Shown here: positions 53,774 to 64,000 of the stretch, one piece after another | Layout: the number at the start of each line of letters is the position of its first letter | Position numbering within the stretch: position 1 is the stretch's first letter | DNA from: Nitrospinaceae bacterium | GTDB lineage: Bacteria > Nitrospinota > Nitrospinia > Nitrospinales > VA-1 | Assembly: GCA_029261655.1 (NCBI GenBank) | Contig: JAJDAY010000030.1 | Coordinates: 4,068 to 68,067 of the forward strand | Reading direction: 5' to 3' | DNA: 64,000 bases | Program-made: the position numbers and the translations under genes | The notes under the pieces: model-generated | Database searches by the model: none | What the model was told of the DNA's origin: nothing | What the model saw: only the letters and a program-made list of their open reading frames with translations

Positions 53774-55426
53774 TTACTTTCTCAATTTGGTAATTTTTCC
53801 GGCGCTTTTCCCCGCCCCGGAAGGACGAGGGCTTGCCGCCAGAATTTCCTTGCTCACGGTCTTTTCGTATTCCTTGAAGTTTTCAACGAACTGATTTGCC
53901 AGCTCCTTGGCTTTCTTGTCGTAATCTTCCGGTCGTTTCCAGGTATTCCGCGGATTGAGGACTTCACTGGGCACACCTTCCACCTTTTCCGGAATATGCA
54001 ATCCAAAAACCGGATCTACGAAGGTGGTCACTTTGTCGAGTTGTCCTTCAAGAATGGCTTTTATCATGGCCCGCGTGTGGACGATTTCCATCCTGGTTCC
54101 AACGCCGTAAGGCCCCCCGGTCCAGCCGGTATTGACCAGCCAGCAAGAGACATTGTGCTTGGCGATTTTTTCGCCCAGCATATTGGCGTAAACGGAAGGG
54201 TGCAGGGTCATGAATGGAGCGCCGAAGCAGGTGCTGAATATCGCCGAGGGTTCGCGGCTCAAGCCTTTTTCGGTTCCCGCGATTTTGGCGGTGTAGCCTG
54301 AGATAAAATGGTACATCGCCTGCTCGGGAGTCAGTTTGGCCACCGGCGGCATGATGCCGTAAGCGTCGCAAGTCAGCATGATGACATTTTTCGGATGACC
54401 TCCCGCCCCGGACAGAGTGGCGTTCGGAATATGCGATATGGGGTAGCTCGCCCGGGTATTTTCGGTGAGGCTGGAATCGTCGAGATCCAGACGGCGCGTG
54501 AAGTCATCGACCCGAACATTTTCCAAAATAGTCCCGAACCTGCGGGTGCACTCGTAAATGTCTGGTTCCGCCTCTTTTGACAGGCGAATGACCTTGGCGT
54601 AACAACCGCCCTCAAAATTGAAAACACCGTCGTCGCTCCAGCCGTGTTCATCGTCACCGATCAGAACCCGGTCTTTATCGGCGGAAAGCGTGGTTTTTCC
54701 GGTTCCAGACAGACCAAAGAAAATGGCGCTGTCGCCGTCTTTCCCAATATTGGCGGAACAATGCATGGACAATACGTTGTCTTTATGCGGAAGAATGTAA
54801 TTGAGCACGGAGAATATGGACTTTTTGATTTCTCCGGCGTAGCTGGTCCCGCCGATCAAAACAAGTTGTTTGCCGTAATCGACGATCACGAATACTTCGG
54901 AATTGGTTCCGTCGATGGCGGGAATCGCCTGGAACCCTGGAACGTGAATGACGGTGAACCCTGGGTCATGGGATTCCAGCTTTTCGGTCTCGGTGATCTT
55001 GATAAACATGTTTCTGGCGAACAGGCTGTGCCACGCTGTTTCCGTTATGACGCGGATATGGAGTTGATGATTAGGATCGGCTCCGGCGCAACAATCCTGA
55101 ACGAAAATCTCCCGGCCCTGAAGATAGGCTAAAATTCGTGAATGCAAGGCGTCAAACTGTTCAACGGTGAAAGGCCGGTTGATTTTCCCCCACCAGATAT
55201 TTTCCTGGCTGGAAGACTCCTGAACGATAAATTTGTCGTTGGGGGCTCGTCCGGTATATTCTCCTGTTTGGACGCAAATAGGACCCAGGTGAGAAAGAAT
55301 ACCCTCGGATTTGCGTATAATATTTTCGTAGAGGTCCGGGGTTGAAAGATTCCAGTGAACTTGCTTGAAATTTTTTATTCCATGTTGCTCTAAACCAACC
55401 TGATGCTTGAGGCCTTTCTCGGGCAT
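53774..55426 (-). CDS. pckA: Phosphoenolpyruvate carboxykinase (ATP)
   Basis: Motifs TGR.P.DKFIV, YAGEIKK, MHCSAN, GLSGTGKTTLS, IGDDEHGW, FNFEGGCYAK and TENTR. Confidence 0.98.
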   Translation of the reverse strand: MPEKGLKHQVGLEQHGIKNFKQVHWNLSTPDLYENIIRKSEGILSHLGPICVQTGEYTGRAPNDKFIVQESSSQENIWWGKINRPFTVEQFDALHSRILAYLQGREIFVQDCCAGADPNHQLHIRVITETAWHSLFARNMFIKITETEKLESHDPGFTVIHVPGFQAIPAIDGTNSEVFVIVDYGKQLVLIGGTSYAGEIKKSIFSVLNYILPHKDNVLSMHCSANIGKDGDSAIFFGLSGTGKTTLSADKDRVLIGDDEHGWSDDGVFNFEGGCYAKVIRLSKEAEPDIYECTRRFGTILENVRVDDFTRRLDLDDSSLTENTRASYPISHIPNATLSGAGGHPKNVIMLTCDAYGIMPPVAKLTPEQAMYHFISGYTAKIAGTEKGLSREPSAIFSTCFGAPFMTLHPSVYANMLGEKIAKHNVSCWLVNTGWTGGPYGVGTRMEIVHTRAMIKAILEGQLDKVTTFVDPVFGLHIPEKVEGVPSEVLNPRNTWKRPEDYDKKAKELANQFVENFKEYEKTVSKEILAASPRPSGAGKSAGKITKLRK

Positions 55427-55639
55427 TTAATTTTCTCCTTTATCCAGGACAATGTATAAAATATTGAAAAAACGGCAATTCCCCCTCTAAGGGCTGTGCA
55501 ATTAAAATATAATAACCATTTGATATCATTAATTTTAACATATAATTCGCAGAGGAGAAGGTATAATTGGCCTCCCGCCGGTTATTTTCCCTTTTTATGG
55601 GAAATATTCATAGCAAAAACCATAAACTTTTGGTAAAAA

Positions 55640-56560
55640 ATGGAAATTTCTGCAAATGACAATTCCTCCGACACAGATACATTCGAAATTCTTGCCAAAG
55701 CCCGGAGCCGGTTCAATGAAATTTATGTGATTCAAAATGGACTCAGGCGCGAAATGTGGTTCAAAGGCGGGGGCAGTTTTTTTCTGCAAAGCCGGATGGA
55801 CACCGGGACCCGGAAACTCCCCATTTTGGTTTATTCCAGAATGATGTTGTCTTCTTTGTTGTTTCAGCAGTCACCCAAACGGATTTTGATGTTGGGTCTT
55901 GGGGGAGGGTCCATTTCAAACTTCCTGCATCACCGCTATCCCGAGGCGTGCATCGACGTGGTCGAGGTGGACTCAAAAGTCATCAATTTATGTAAAAAAT
56001 TTTTCTATTTGAAAGAAACCGAAAATTATCGCTTGCACGCGATGGACGCCCGAGTGTTTGTGCAAAACCAGATCGGCAGAATTTCATATGACCTGATCCT
56101 GCTGGATGTCTTTAAAAGCAGTTCCGTTCCTTATCATCTGAAGACCAAAGAATTTTACCGGCAAATTCGGGATATTCTGAATCCTCAGGGCGTGGTCGCA
56201 TCAAATCTCTATGGGAAAAGCAATTTACTCAAGCCCGAGGACCGGGTGACTTTCGCCAGTGTTTTTCGCAGTCTTTATTTCTTTGAAGACCCGGATCGAG
56301 TCGCCACGGTCTTGATTGCGGCTGACCATGAGCCATCCTGGTCGCAAAAGGAAGTGCAATCCGCGGCAAGAAAATTTATCGGGGGCATGCCATTTTCCAT
56401 GCCCGAACTGGCAAACATGTACAAGCCGGATTTATTGGAAAACGCCGAAGCAAAAGTCTTCTCGGATGATTTTTCAAAGCAGGATTTTTCCAAGGCGGTG
56501 GAAGATAACAACACCCGTCAGGGAATCGATTTTCCCTATCCCATCAAGAGCCACGCCTGA
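55640..56560 (+). CDS. Spermidine synthase-like SAM-dependent transferase
   Basis: Motifs LMLGLGGGS, VVEVD, DAR, YDLILLDVF, PYHL.T.EFY and DD. Confidence 0.82.
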   Translation: MEISANDNSSDTDTFEILAKARSRFNEIYVIQNGLRREMWFKGGGSFFLQSRMDTGTRKLPILVYSRMMLSSLLFQQSPKRILMLGLGGGSISNFLHHRYPEACIDVVEVDSKVINLCKKFFYLKETENYRLHAMDARVFVQNQIGRISYDLILLDVFKSSSVPYHLKTKEFYRQIRDILNPQGVVASNLYGKSNLLKPEDRVTFASVFRSLYFFEDPDRVATVLIAADHEPSWSQKEVQSAARKFIGGMPFSMPELANMYKPDLLENAEAKVFSDDFSKQDFSKAVEDNNTRQGIDFPYPIKSHA

Positions 56561-59500
56561 GATCAAGAACCTGAACGCGGAAATTTTCGAAGTCCGCTAC
56601 GATCAATTGCTGGCTCAGGATGGCAAGCCCGGCTACTTTGCCGAATTGTCCCAGGCGCTGTCCCGGATTATTTATTACGGAAATAATTTCCAACCGGTCA
56701 TTTAACTGGAGAATCCGGTTGCTCCAGTAATCCGTGGCGAAGAACCCGTGTTCGGGATGGCTGGCGATAAAATAAATCTCTCCAAAACCAAGGCCTTCCT
56801 TTTTGAGTCCGCAAATAAACTTTCCGTCTTTGTTGAAAAATTTTAGCAGATAAGAAGATTTGTCTCCGATCAGGTAGTCTCCATTTTCCAGACAGTGAAC
56901 GCTGACCGGCTCCGAAAGGTCGTGATCGAAGTTTTCCCTGATTATTGAGTCTCCATCGGGCGAGAAAACTTGAATTCGGTTGTGAGTGGGGTCGGCCACC
57001 CAAATCTGATTTAGAACGTCGATGGAAAGCGAAAATATAGGGCCCAGTCGCGGGTCGTCACTTTCCCGGTCTCCGAAAGACAAGAGGAATTCCCCTGCGG
57101 GGTTGAATTTTTGAATGCGGGTATTTTTTTCATCGGCCACATAAATAAACCCCTGGCGGTCAACTTTTATATCGGTCGGATAATTGAAAAATCCGGGAGA
57201 GTTGCCCATACCGCCGAATTGGTTTTTGTAAATGCCCCGACTGGAAAACCGTAGCACCTGATGGTTTTCATAATCTGTGACCATAATATCGTTTTCAGGA
57301 GTTGTGGCGATTCCATAAGGCTGGCGTAAGTTGCGGGTCATCGGACCGCTATTCGCAAAGGAAAACCAGTGGCCGGGAGAATTTGTTTCTTTTGGAATAT
57401 TATCCGGTGCACAAGTTTTTTCAAACTCGAGAATACGATTCACCTGATTCAGGATTTTGAAATTGCGGTTCAAGACGGCGTCCAGATTGTCCTGCCGAGG
57501 CTTCAGGGCGGCCAGACGGTCATTAACTTTGAGCGTCTGGTTCAATTCCTCGATCGTTTTATTTTCGTCGCCTGAATTCAGGATTCCGTTCAATCGGGAG
57601 GCTTCAAAGGAGAGTGTTTTTCTCTCCTGGATATCTCGGTTAATCGTTTCTTCCAGTCCCCGGTAATAAGAGTTTAGATCTGTGAGCAGTCGCGCACCCG
57701 CAGACCGGGTTTTGTCCGAGCAAATTAAAATGCCGGTTCCAAGGGCGAGGCGAAAGAGATTATTGGCCTCGTTTATTTCCATCGTCAAGGCCATGCGCTT
57801 TAAGACACTGATTTGAAAATGGACCACCGCAAGGTCGTTCTGCAGAGTGATGGGGGCCTGTTTGTCCTCAGGGTTGACCCGGTTCGCCTTGGTTTCCACC
57901 TCATGCTTTTGCCCGGACAGGGTTTCAAGCTGCTGGAGCGTTTCAAGGAATTTGGATTCGTAAGCCCGCTGGTTTTCCAATAGACCCCAGAGAGTTTTTA
58001 TGAGTTCGGCGTCCTCACTCAAAACAATGTCCACTGAAAAGTGCAAGTGACCCCAGGACAGTCCCGAATTTGTTTTTCGTAAGCGCATTCCCTCCGTCAG
58101 TAAAGGTTGCGCCATTTCTTTTAACGTCAGGTTTTCTTCATCGAAGGCAACGGGTTTGAGGTCCGCCAGGGTCAAGTTGCCGGGCTGAGTGTCTGTGTCG
58201 GCACGCCTTTGAACCGCCCCAAGGTCGATCAGGTCTTTGAGAAGGGTTTCAAGCGACCGGTGAAGATGACCTTCCTCCTGAAACCCCAGTAAAATTTTAA
58301 AAAACTTTTCCGAGTCCTGGGGTTCAAAGAATTGTCTTTTTAAGGTTTCTTTGATTTCATGATGCTGGGGAAATTTTAGGGCCGCACCTTTGATACCTGC
58401 CAGAAGACTGCGTGTCTCGAAATGGAATTGCCTGAGAACGTCCATTATCCTGGCGTTGGAGTTGGACCGGATGAGGAAAGTCTCCCACTTTCCTTCCTGC
58501 CCCTCCGATTGCGCAAAAGATTCCATCATGGTTTTTTCATTTTTCTCCCTGGCTTCCAGCAAGCGGATCACCTGTTTGCCCACACGGGCCAGGTGACTTT
58601 CCGCGAAGTCCACGCAGGTTTTTAAGCGGGACTCGCCGAGGGGGGCGTTGATGACATTGCCGAAGAACTCGGCTCCCTGTTCCACGACTTTTCGGTACAC
58701 ATAGAAAATGTGGCGCAATTCCCTGAAACGGGCTCTGTCCAGAGTTTCCGCCTGATATAGATTTTTATTGAAGACCGAGGGATCGTCGCATTGCTTGAGA
58801 ACTTGTTGCTGTTCGGCAAATAACAGCTGGTTGTGACTGACTGCGGCTTCTTCCCATTCGGCATGCGCGGTCAGCACATTTTCACGAACGGCATCCAGGT
58901 GGCGGGAGAAAATTTCGAACCCCTGTAACAGTAAACTTTCGTTTCCGATGTCCTCCGTTTCAACAGAAAGACGACTGAGTTTTAGCAGAAGGTCTAACGC
59001 AATATTATTTTCCGTATTGATATTTTTTTCAAGCAGTTGACGAACAGCGTTCTGGCAGGGGGCAAGGGCATTTTCATCGTCCTGATCATTTTGCGTCTCA
59101 GGGTGGGTTGTATGCGGAAGTTTAAATGCCGTCACTTCGGTGGCGAAAGTCAGTCCGACGTACAATGTTCCGTCGGAAGCAATGGCCGTGAGGCCCGGTG
59201 CCTTGAGCGGAACCGCGTTTTCGGATTCCCTCAATTCATACAGAAATTGTCCGTTGGACGAAAACACCTGAATCCGGTCGTTGTTCAGGTCGGCGACGTA
59301 TAAAAGACCGTCGGGACCCACGGAAACAGAAAGTGGATATTCAAATTGCCCCGTATTTTTTCCCCGTTCCCCAAAAGCGAGGACAAGATTCCAGCGATTG
59401 TCGAACTTTAAAATTCGGTGGTTGCCGCTGTCGGAAATAAAATAGTTTCCGTGACGGTCGGAGGCGATGGAAGTCGGAAACTCAAAAGCCGGGGGGGTGA

Positions 59501-60041
59501 ATAAACTCTTGGGAGTTTCATAACAGCAGGCCAGTTCTTCTTCCAGCTCCGTTCCCCGGCCTCCAATCCAGCCACGCGATTCTCCTTCATGACTGAAAAT
59601 TTGTATTCGGTGGTTGTAGCGTTCAACGACGAGAATGTCTGTGTTTGGGGCGATAAAAATATCGTAGGGTTCGTTGAGTTGGTCTTTATCTTCCCCACAG
59701 GAGCCGAAGCTGAATAGATGATTGCCCTCAGCGTTGAATTTTTGGACCCGATGGTTCCAGCTGTCCGCAATATAAATGTTTTTCTCCCGGTCTGAGGCGA
59801 TTCCTTTTGGGTAGTGAAATTCACCCGGCCCATTGCCTTTGCCGCCGAAACTTTTTACAAGGGTCTGGTTGGCATCGTAGATCTGGATGCGGTGGTTGAA
59901 GTCGTCCGCAAGGATGAGGTTTCCATTTAAGGTGCAATGAAAACCAGAGGGGGGAGATAGCTCTTCGCCGTTGGCTCCTGAAGAACGGAATGCAGAACTA
60001 AATTGAGCGGCGCAATTTTCTTTGGGTGCGGAGGGCTTCAT
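56544..60041 (-). CDS. Large protein with N- and C-terminal NHL beta-propellers and a central helical region
   Basis: NHL repeats (G.F.YP.GIA.D...IYIAD..NHRVQKF) at about aa 30-305 and aa 895-1160, with about 580 aa of helical/coiled sequence between. No signal peptide. Confidence 0.85.
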   Translation of the reverse strand: MKPSAPKENCAAQFSSAFRSSGANGEELSPPSGFHCTLNGNLILADDFNHRIQIYDANQTLVKSFGGKGNGPGEFHYPKGIASDREKNIYIADSWNHRVQKFNAEGNHLFSFGSCGEDKDQLNEPYDIFIAPNTDILVVERYNHRIQIFSHEGESRGWIGGRGTELEEELACCYETPKSLFTPPAFEFPTSIASDRHGNYFISDSGNHRILKFDNRWNLVLAFGERGKNTGQFEYPLSVSVGPDGLLYVADLNNDRIQVFSSNGQFLYELRESENAVPLKAPGLTAIASDGTLYVGLTFATEVTAFKLPHTTHPETQNDQDDENALAPCQNAVRQLLEKNINTENNIALDLLLKLSRLSVETEDIGNESLLLQGFEIFSRHLDAVRENVLTAHAEWEEAAVSHNQLLFAEQQQVLKQCDDPSVFNKNLYQAETLDRARFRELRHIFYVYRKVVEQGAEFFGNVINAPLGESRLKTCVDFAESHLARVGKQVIRLLEAREKNEKTMMESFAQSEGQEGKWETFLIRSNSNARIMDVLRQFHFETRSLLAGIKGAALKFPQHHEIKETLKRQFFEPQDSEKFFKILLGFQEEGHLHRSLETLLKDLIDLGAVQRRADTDTQPGNLTLADLKPVAFDEENLTLKEMAQPLLTEGMRLRKTNSGLSWGHLHFSVDIVLSEDAELIKTLWGLLENQRAYESKFLETLQQLETLSGQKHEVETKANRVNPEDKQAPITLQNDLAVVHFQISVLKRMALTMEINEANNLFRLALGTGILICSDKTRSAGARLLTDLNSYYRGLEETINRDIQERKTLSFEASRLNGILNSGDENKTIEELNQTLKVNDRLAALKPRQDNLDAVLNRNFKILNQVNRILEFEKTCAPDNIPKETNSPGHWFSFANSGPMTRNLRQPYGIATTPENDIMVTDYENHQVLRFSSRGIYKNQFGGMGNSPGFFNYPTDIKVDRQGFIYVADEKNTRIQKFNPAGEFLLSFGDRESDDPRLGPIFSLSIDVLNQIWVADPTHNRIQVFSPDGDSIIRENFDHDLSEPVSVHCLENGDYLIGDKSSYLLKFFNKDGKFICGLKKEGLGFGEIYFIASHPEHGFFATDYWSNRILQLNDRLEIISVINNPGQRLGQFGKVAGLAILSQQLIVADFENFRVQVLDLRRGS

Positions 60042-60142
60042 GGAAGGTGATTGAATGATTCTGGCGTGACCAGCATATCACTGGACGTTAGAAAAGCATT
60101 TAATCACACTTGAATCCCGAACACAATCCACGCCGATCCCCT

Positions 60143-61165
60143 TTATTCGGTGATGATGATTTTTTCTATGTCTGTATCCGGGATCGTCCTGGAGCATTGA
60201 ATACGGAACCTGCGCACCAGCATGGGAAAGAGCATCTTCAGGGCTTCCAATTTCGATTTTAGCAGGACGATTCCCTGCCCCCGGTAAGAAAAATATTTGA
60301 TGTCTTCCAGCTGGTGTTTGAGGATGGAGAGGAAATTTTTGCAGTACATTTTCAGCGAAAAGTTTTTAATGAGCACGAGCACGTCATTTCGTTTGCAGAG
60401 GAAAACGTAACGGTCGCTGTAAAGCCCCACCGTGGCGGTTCCGATGTGATAGACCTTGGCTTTCGGCAGATACACGGTTTGAAATCCCTGCAATTGACTG
60501 CGCATGTTCAAATCGACGTCTTCCGCGAAGATAAAAAAATCCTCATCGAAAACTCCAATCTGATCGAACAGTTCCCGGCGGTAAATTCCAGCACCCGCGC
60601 AGGCTCCAAAGACGAAATCCTCGTTTTCGTATTGTCCGATGTCCTTTTCACCCTGACCGCGACCGCCGCCTGCCGACCAGGCGTGGAACAAGTCCCCCGT
60701 GTTATAAAATACGTCGCGTTGATCGAGAAACATCATTTTAGTGGTTCCCATCCCGCATTCAGGATGGCGCTCCATCCCCTGATAAAGCTCGGTCAACCAG
60801 TCCGGCTCGACCTCAATGTCGTTGTTCAGCAGGCAGATGTATCGGCCCTTGGCCGCTTGGATGCCGCGATTGCAGGCGACGGCAAAACCCAGATTTTCCG
60901 GGAGTTTGAGCAGGCGTATCCAGGAATATTTTTCTTCCATCAATTCACGCGATCCGTCCACCGAACCATTGTCCACAACGATGACCTCAAAATCGTCGAA
61001 GGTCGAGCGTTTGAGGGAGTCCAGGCACATACCTATGAACCGCAGTCCGTTCCAATTGGGCACGATGACGCTGACCTGTGTGCCGCCGGCCTTTGGATTG
61101 GTGCCAATGCGGGCGTTCGTTTTATTGATGACCGATTGAATTCTGCCGGTTGCTGAGTTGTTCAT
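60143..61165 (-). CDS. GT2 glycosyltransferase
   Basis: Motifs VSVIVPNWNG, VVDNGSVDGS, NLGFA.ACNRG, LLNND, GACAGA and EDVDL. Confidence 0.93.
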   Translation of the reverse strand: MNNSATGRIQSVINKTNARIGTNPKAGGTQVSVIVPNWNGLRFIGMCLDSLKRSTFDDFEVIVVDNGSVDGSRELMEEKYSWIRLLKLPENLGFAVACNRGIQAAKGRYICLLNNDIEVEPDWLTELYQGMERHPECGMGTTKMMFLDQRDVFYNTGDLFHAWSAGGGRGQGEKDIGQYENEDFVFGACAGAGIYRRELFDQIGVFDEDFFIFAEDVDLNMRSQLQGFQTVYLPKAKVYHIGTATVGLYSDRYVFLCKRNDVLVLIKNFSLKMYCKNFLSILKHQLEDIKYFSYRGQGIVLLKSKLEALKMLFPMLVRRFRIQCSRTIPDTDIEKIIITE

Positions 61166-61185
61166 TTTGATAATTTCTCCCTGCG

Positions 61186-63585
61186 CTACGGTGTCAGGTG
61201 GGTGTGCGATTTCGAATTCAGTTCCACCAGTATTTTTCTGGCGCCCTCATGCCCAGGGTCCAGCTCAAGGCATTTTTGCGCGCACTGCTCCTTGTTTTCT
61301 CCCCGGGACAGCCGCGCCCGGCGAAACCACGCCCTGGCCTGAATGTGTGGATAGACTTTGGAGCAGGAGGTTAATTTTTTAAAAAGGCTGAAAGCATTTT
61401 CCGGCTCCCCTTCCCGTTCCAATGCCGAAGCCCTGGCATAAATGAGGAACGGGTTGTCCGGGTCTTGTCGCAAATAATAACTGAAGGTCTCGGATTCAGG
61501 GCGTGACTTTTTATTCATCCGGGCAATGGCGCCCGCCACGCTGGTTTTCATCCACTCGCGGTCCGGTTTGCTGGCGATGGTCTCAGCTTCCGCGTGCAGT
61601 CTTTGCAATTGTTCCCTGTCATTGAGATTTATCAGAGATTCCAGCAAGGCTTGCCAACAATCGTGGCGTTTGGGGAACAGGGTGCGGAACCGCTCGAATT
61701 CGTTCACAGCTTGCTGGTGCTTGTTTTGCTTTTGATGGATCAGTGCCTGAAGAAAAAGCGCTTCGTCGTTTTTGCCGAAGCGCAGGATTTCTTCAAAAAT
61801 CAAATCCACGGCCTCGTCCAACTGACCGAGCTTGATTTTTTGTCGGGCAAGCAGGAGGCGCACCGGTGAGTGCAGGGGCTCTTTCAACAGGCCGCCTGCA
61901 AATGCTGTGATGGAATTTTCAAGTTGCCCTAATTGGCTATAAATTTCTCCAAGATAAATGAGACCCCGTGAGTCGCCAGGGTTCAGCCGGGTCAGTTTGA
62001 GGCACTCCCTCAAAGCGGTGACGGTCCGGCCCTGCTCAAGGTCGGTCCGGTCGATGGCCGGGGCGTGCCAATCAGCCTCGGTCAAAGTCTGCATGCGGCG
62101 CATTTTTTCCTGCCAGGGCAAAGCGAGAGGGTCTTCGGCCACCGAGGAAAACCCGGTCAATCGGTAAACCGGAAACCTGGCCAGGACAACTTTGATCAGC
62201 TGATAGCGCAGACCCGTTATTTTCTCCAAATATTCCACGTCGAGATCGGTAAAGGTTTTGATCAGATAGACGGGCTTGTGACGAATCAACCCGCCGATCA
62301 CTCCGTCATGAAACCCTTCCAGCGCTTCGGTGTCCCAGGGCCCGATGCTATGATGCAGGTAATTGTCCGCCGCCGGCAGGCCGGTCAGATGATAGAGCTG
62401 GGAAAACGTCCCCCAAACGAAAATTCTGGCGCCCCGCTCGCCTCGCATTCGGGTGAGGCGTTTTAAAAGTTTGCCAAGATGAGGGAGATAAATGTATTGA
62501 TCGAATTTTTCGTACCGTGCCAGAGTTTTTTTATCAGTTGGGCGTAAATAGAAAGGCAGAAGGTTTTTAATGTTCCAGATGGCACAGGAGAGAAAAATCA
62601 GCCCGGAGACGATTTGGACTTTGGCTTCCTGCCTGGAAATAAAATCGACTAGAAGACCACACCCCAGCGCCAGCCAGGAAAGCCACGGCAGGTAATGGTA
62701 ACGCGAGAAAGCGCGCTGACAAACGATCATCGCCAGAGTGACGGCGGTGAACGCCCCTAGCCAGATGCCGTGGTCCCCGAAAAAAGACAGGAACAAACCG
62801 GGCAGGCCCGCGACCCAGAGCGGAAGGGTCTGGGCAATCAACTGGCGCACCTCCCTCAGCCTGTTGAAGTACATGGCCTTGGTCTGGCTCAGGCGCAACG
62901 TCGTGGCCATGCGGGTCTGCATTTGTTTGCGGGCCAGGTCATCCCAGAACCCCATTTTATATTCGATCAGGTTGGAGAGAATGATCGGCCCGGAGGTCGC
63001 GAGTATGAATAAGGTCAAGGCACCGAATCCGTATTGATAGGCGACTATAAGCGACAGGACAGCCGGGTAAAGGCCGGTGGTGAATTTGGGAATCGTCGCG
63101 AGACCAAAACACAGACCGGCGTAAATCACAAACTCCGGTCCTGCCGTCAAAAGGGAAAAGCCCAGCAAGGTGAAGGGAATGTAAAATTGTTCGTGGTTGA
63201 AGGAGCCCGCCGTGAGATCCGGGGAGGTTCCGTAAAACGCGTGCAGAAGACCGCCAACGAAAGCCGCCCAGGGGTCAGCGGTCACTAGTAGCACAGCGAA
63301 AAAAACCGCCATCGACCCGCCGACATGAAAAACCGTTTGCAGGTGGCGGATTCTTTCAATCCCTCCTTCGGGGTGCTTAAAGAGTTTGTCCATGAGAAGC
63401 ATCCGCCAGATGGGAATGCCGATGATTTGCAGATCCCTTTTCCATTGGAATCCTTTGCCAGCGAACCGGGCTCTGTAGGTATAGATGGAAAAATCGTCAT
63501 CCAGAGGAAAACGCAAAAAGGGGCGGCGGGACAGAATCCCCGTCAAGGCGATGAGGATAAGGAATGTGGTCGTTTGCAGGTCCAT
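61186..63585 (-). CDS. Multi-TM GT-C-like protein with C-terminal TPRs
   Basis: TM1 followed by an acidic DDDF..Y motif, about 11 TMs, a HYLPW motif, a soluble domain and then TPR repeats. Confidence 0.7.
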   Translation of the reverse strand: MDLQTTTFLILIALTGILSRRPFLRFPLDDDFSIYTYRARFAGKGFQWKRDLQIIGIPIWRMLLMDKLFKHPEGGIERIRHLQTVFHVGGSMAVFFAVLLVTADPWAAFVGGLLHAFYGTSPDLTAGSFNHEQFYIPFTLLGFSLLTAGPEFVIYAGLCFGLATIPKFTTGLYPAVLSLIVAYQYGFGALTLFILATSGPIILSNLIEYKMGFWDDLARKQMQTRMATTLRLSQTKAMYFNRLREVRQLIAQTLPLWVAGLPGLFLSFFGDHGIWLGAFTAVTLAMIVCQRAFSRYHYLPWLSWLALGCGLLVDFISRQEAKVQIVSGLIFLSCAIWNIKNLLPFYLRPTDKKTLARYEKFDQYIYLPHLGKLLKRLTRMRGERGARIFVWGTFSQLYHLTGLPAADNYLHHSIGPWDTEALEGFHDGVIGGLIRHKPVYLIKTFTDLDVEYLEKITGLRYQLIKVVLARFPVYRLTGFSSVAEDPLALPWQEKMRRMQTLTEADWHAPAIDRTDLEQGRTVTALRECLKLTRLNPGDSRGLIYLGEIYSQLGQLENSITAFAGGLLKEPLHSPVRLLLARQKIKLGQLDEAVDLIFEEILRFGKNDEALFLQALIHQKQNKHQQAVNEFERFRTLFPKRHDCWQALLESLINLNDREQLQRLHAEAETIASKPDREWMKTSVAGAIARMNKKSRPESETFSYYLRQDPDNPFLIYARASALEREGEPENAFSLFKKLTSCSKVYPHIQARAWFRRARLSRGENKEQCAQKCLELDPGHEGARKILVELNSKSHTHLTP

Positions 63586-63757
63586 TGGTATTTAAAATTA
63601 GCGACGAACTTTACTTAACAGAGCCTGAAAATTCCAGACTGGCGTGGCGCTGAATTCAAGCGCACTTCTGCATTTCTTATAGATCGGCAAAAATTGAATT
63701 TTGCTTGAGGAGAAAATTTTTTATATTTACCGGTTGTCCAGGAAATTTGCGGGAAAA

Positions 63758-64000
63758 TCAGTTGGTTTTCGGATTGGGAGAGTGATTTTCCCGAGTCGGA
63801 GTTTTCAAGAAAAAAAGTTTCAGCTTGAGGGAGATAGAGTCTTCAGCCGCCAGAGGCGCACGACCTTTCATTTTGATCCACAGGGACTGGAAAATGCCCG
63901 CTAAAAAAGTCAGACGGTAAAGGGACCGCAAAAGAAAATTCCAGGTGCGGGAATAATATTTGCGATAGAAATACAAATTGCTCTTGTAGGTTTCGAGAAT
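63758..64000 (-). CDS. 3' end of a probable GT2 glycosyltransferase (partial)
   Basis: Frame continues beyond the window. ...ETYKSNLYFYRKYY... is a typical GT2 (rhamnosyltransferase-like) C-terminal motif. Confidence 0.55.
   Translation of the reverse strand: MLETYKSNLYFYRKYYSRTWNFLLRSLYRLTFLAGIFQSLWIKMKGRAPLAAEDSISLKLKLFFLKTPTRENHSPNPKTN

Overview
This is a bacterial chromosomal window of roughly 50% GC. Gene style and content suggest a Nitrospinota/Deltaproteobacteria-like organism, which is an inference only. Most of it is housekeeping: purH, pgeF, rlmI-like, mtgA, dnaN, aroF, glnD-like, orn, rluB, scpB, dcd, cysS, cysD/cysNC, mqnC, cobA-hemD, rsmA, pdxA and pckA. Accessory modules are interspersed, and I could not support any tRNA, rRNA or CRISPR array. 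The main observations are: (1) a lysine-rich histone H1-like gene whose predicted 5' and 3' UTRs pair in three nested helices, with every non-Watson-Crick pair a G-U wobble on the coding strand, implying a closed-loop mRNA; (2) a lipoprotein with four HxxHxxx(Y/S)(D/E) repeats directly upstream of an outer-membrane beta-barrel gene, a candidate undescribed metal-handling system; (3) a 4-Cys MarR, cytochrome c'-beta-type and thioredoxin-like module with visible palindromic operators; (4) an SH3 protein, twin M48 peptidases and an output-less TM-HAMP protein in one operon; (5) a tyrosine recombinase lacking its catalytic His/Tyr next to a frameshifted sigma54-activator remnant; (6) a TM-TPR-cupredoxin fusion; (7) a structured RNA-like element upstream of cysD; and (8) a double-NHL giant protein in a glycosylation locus.
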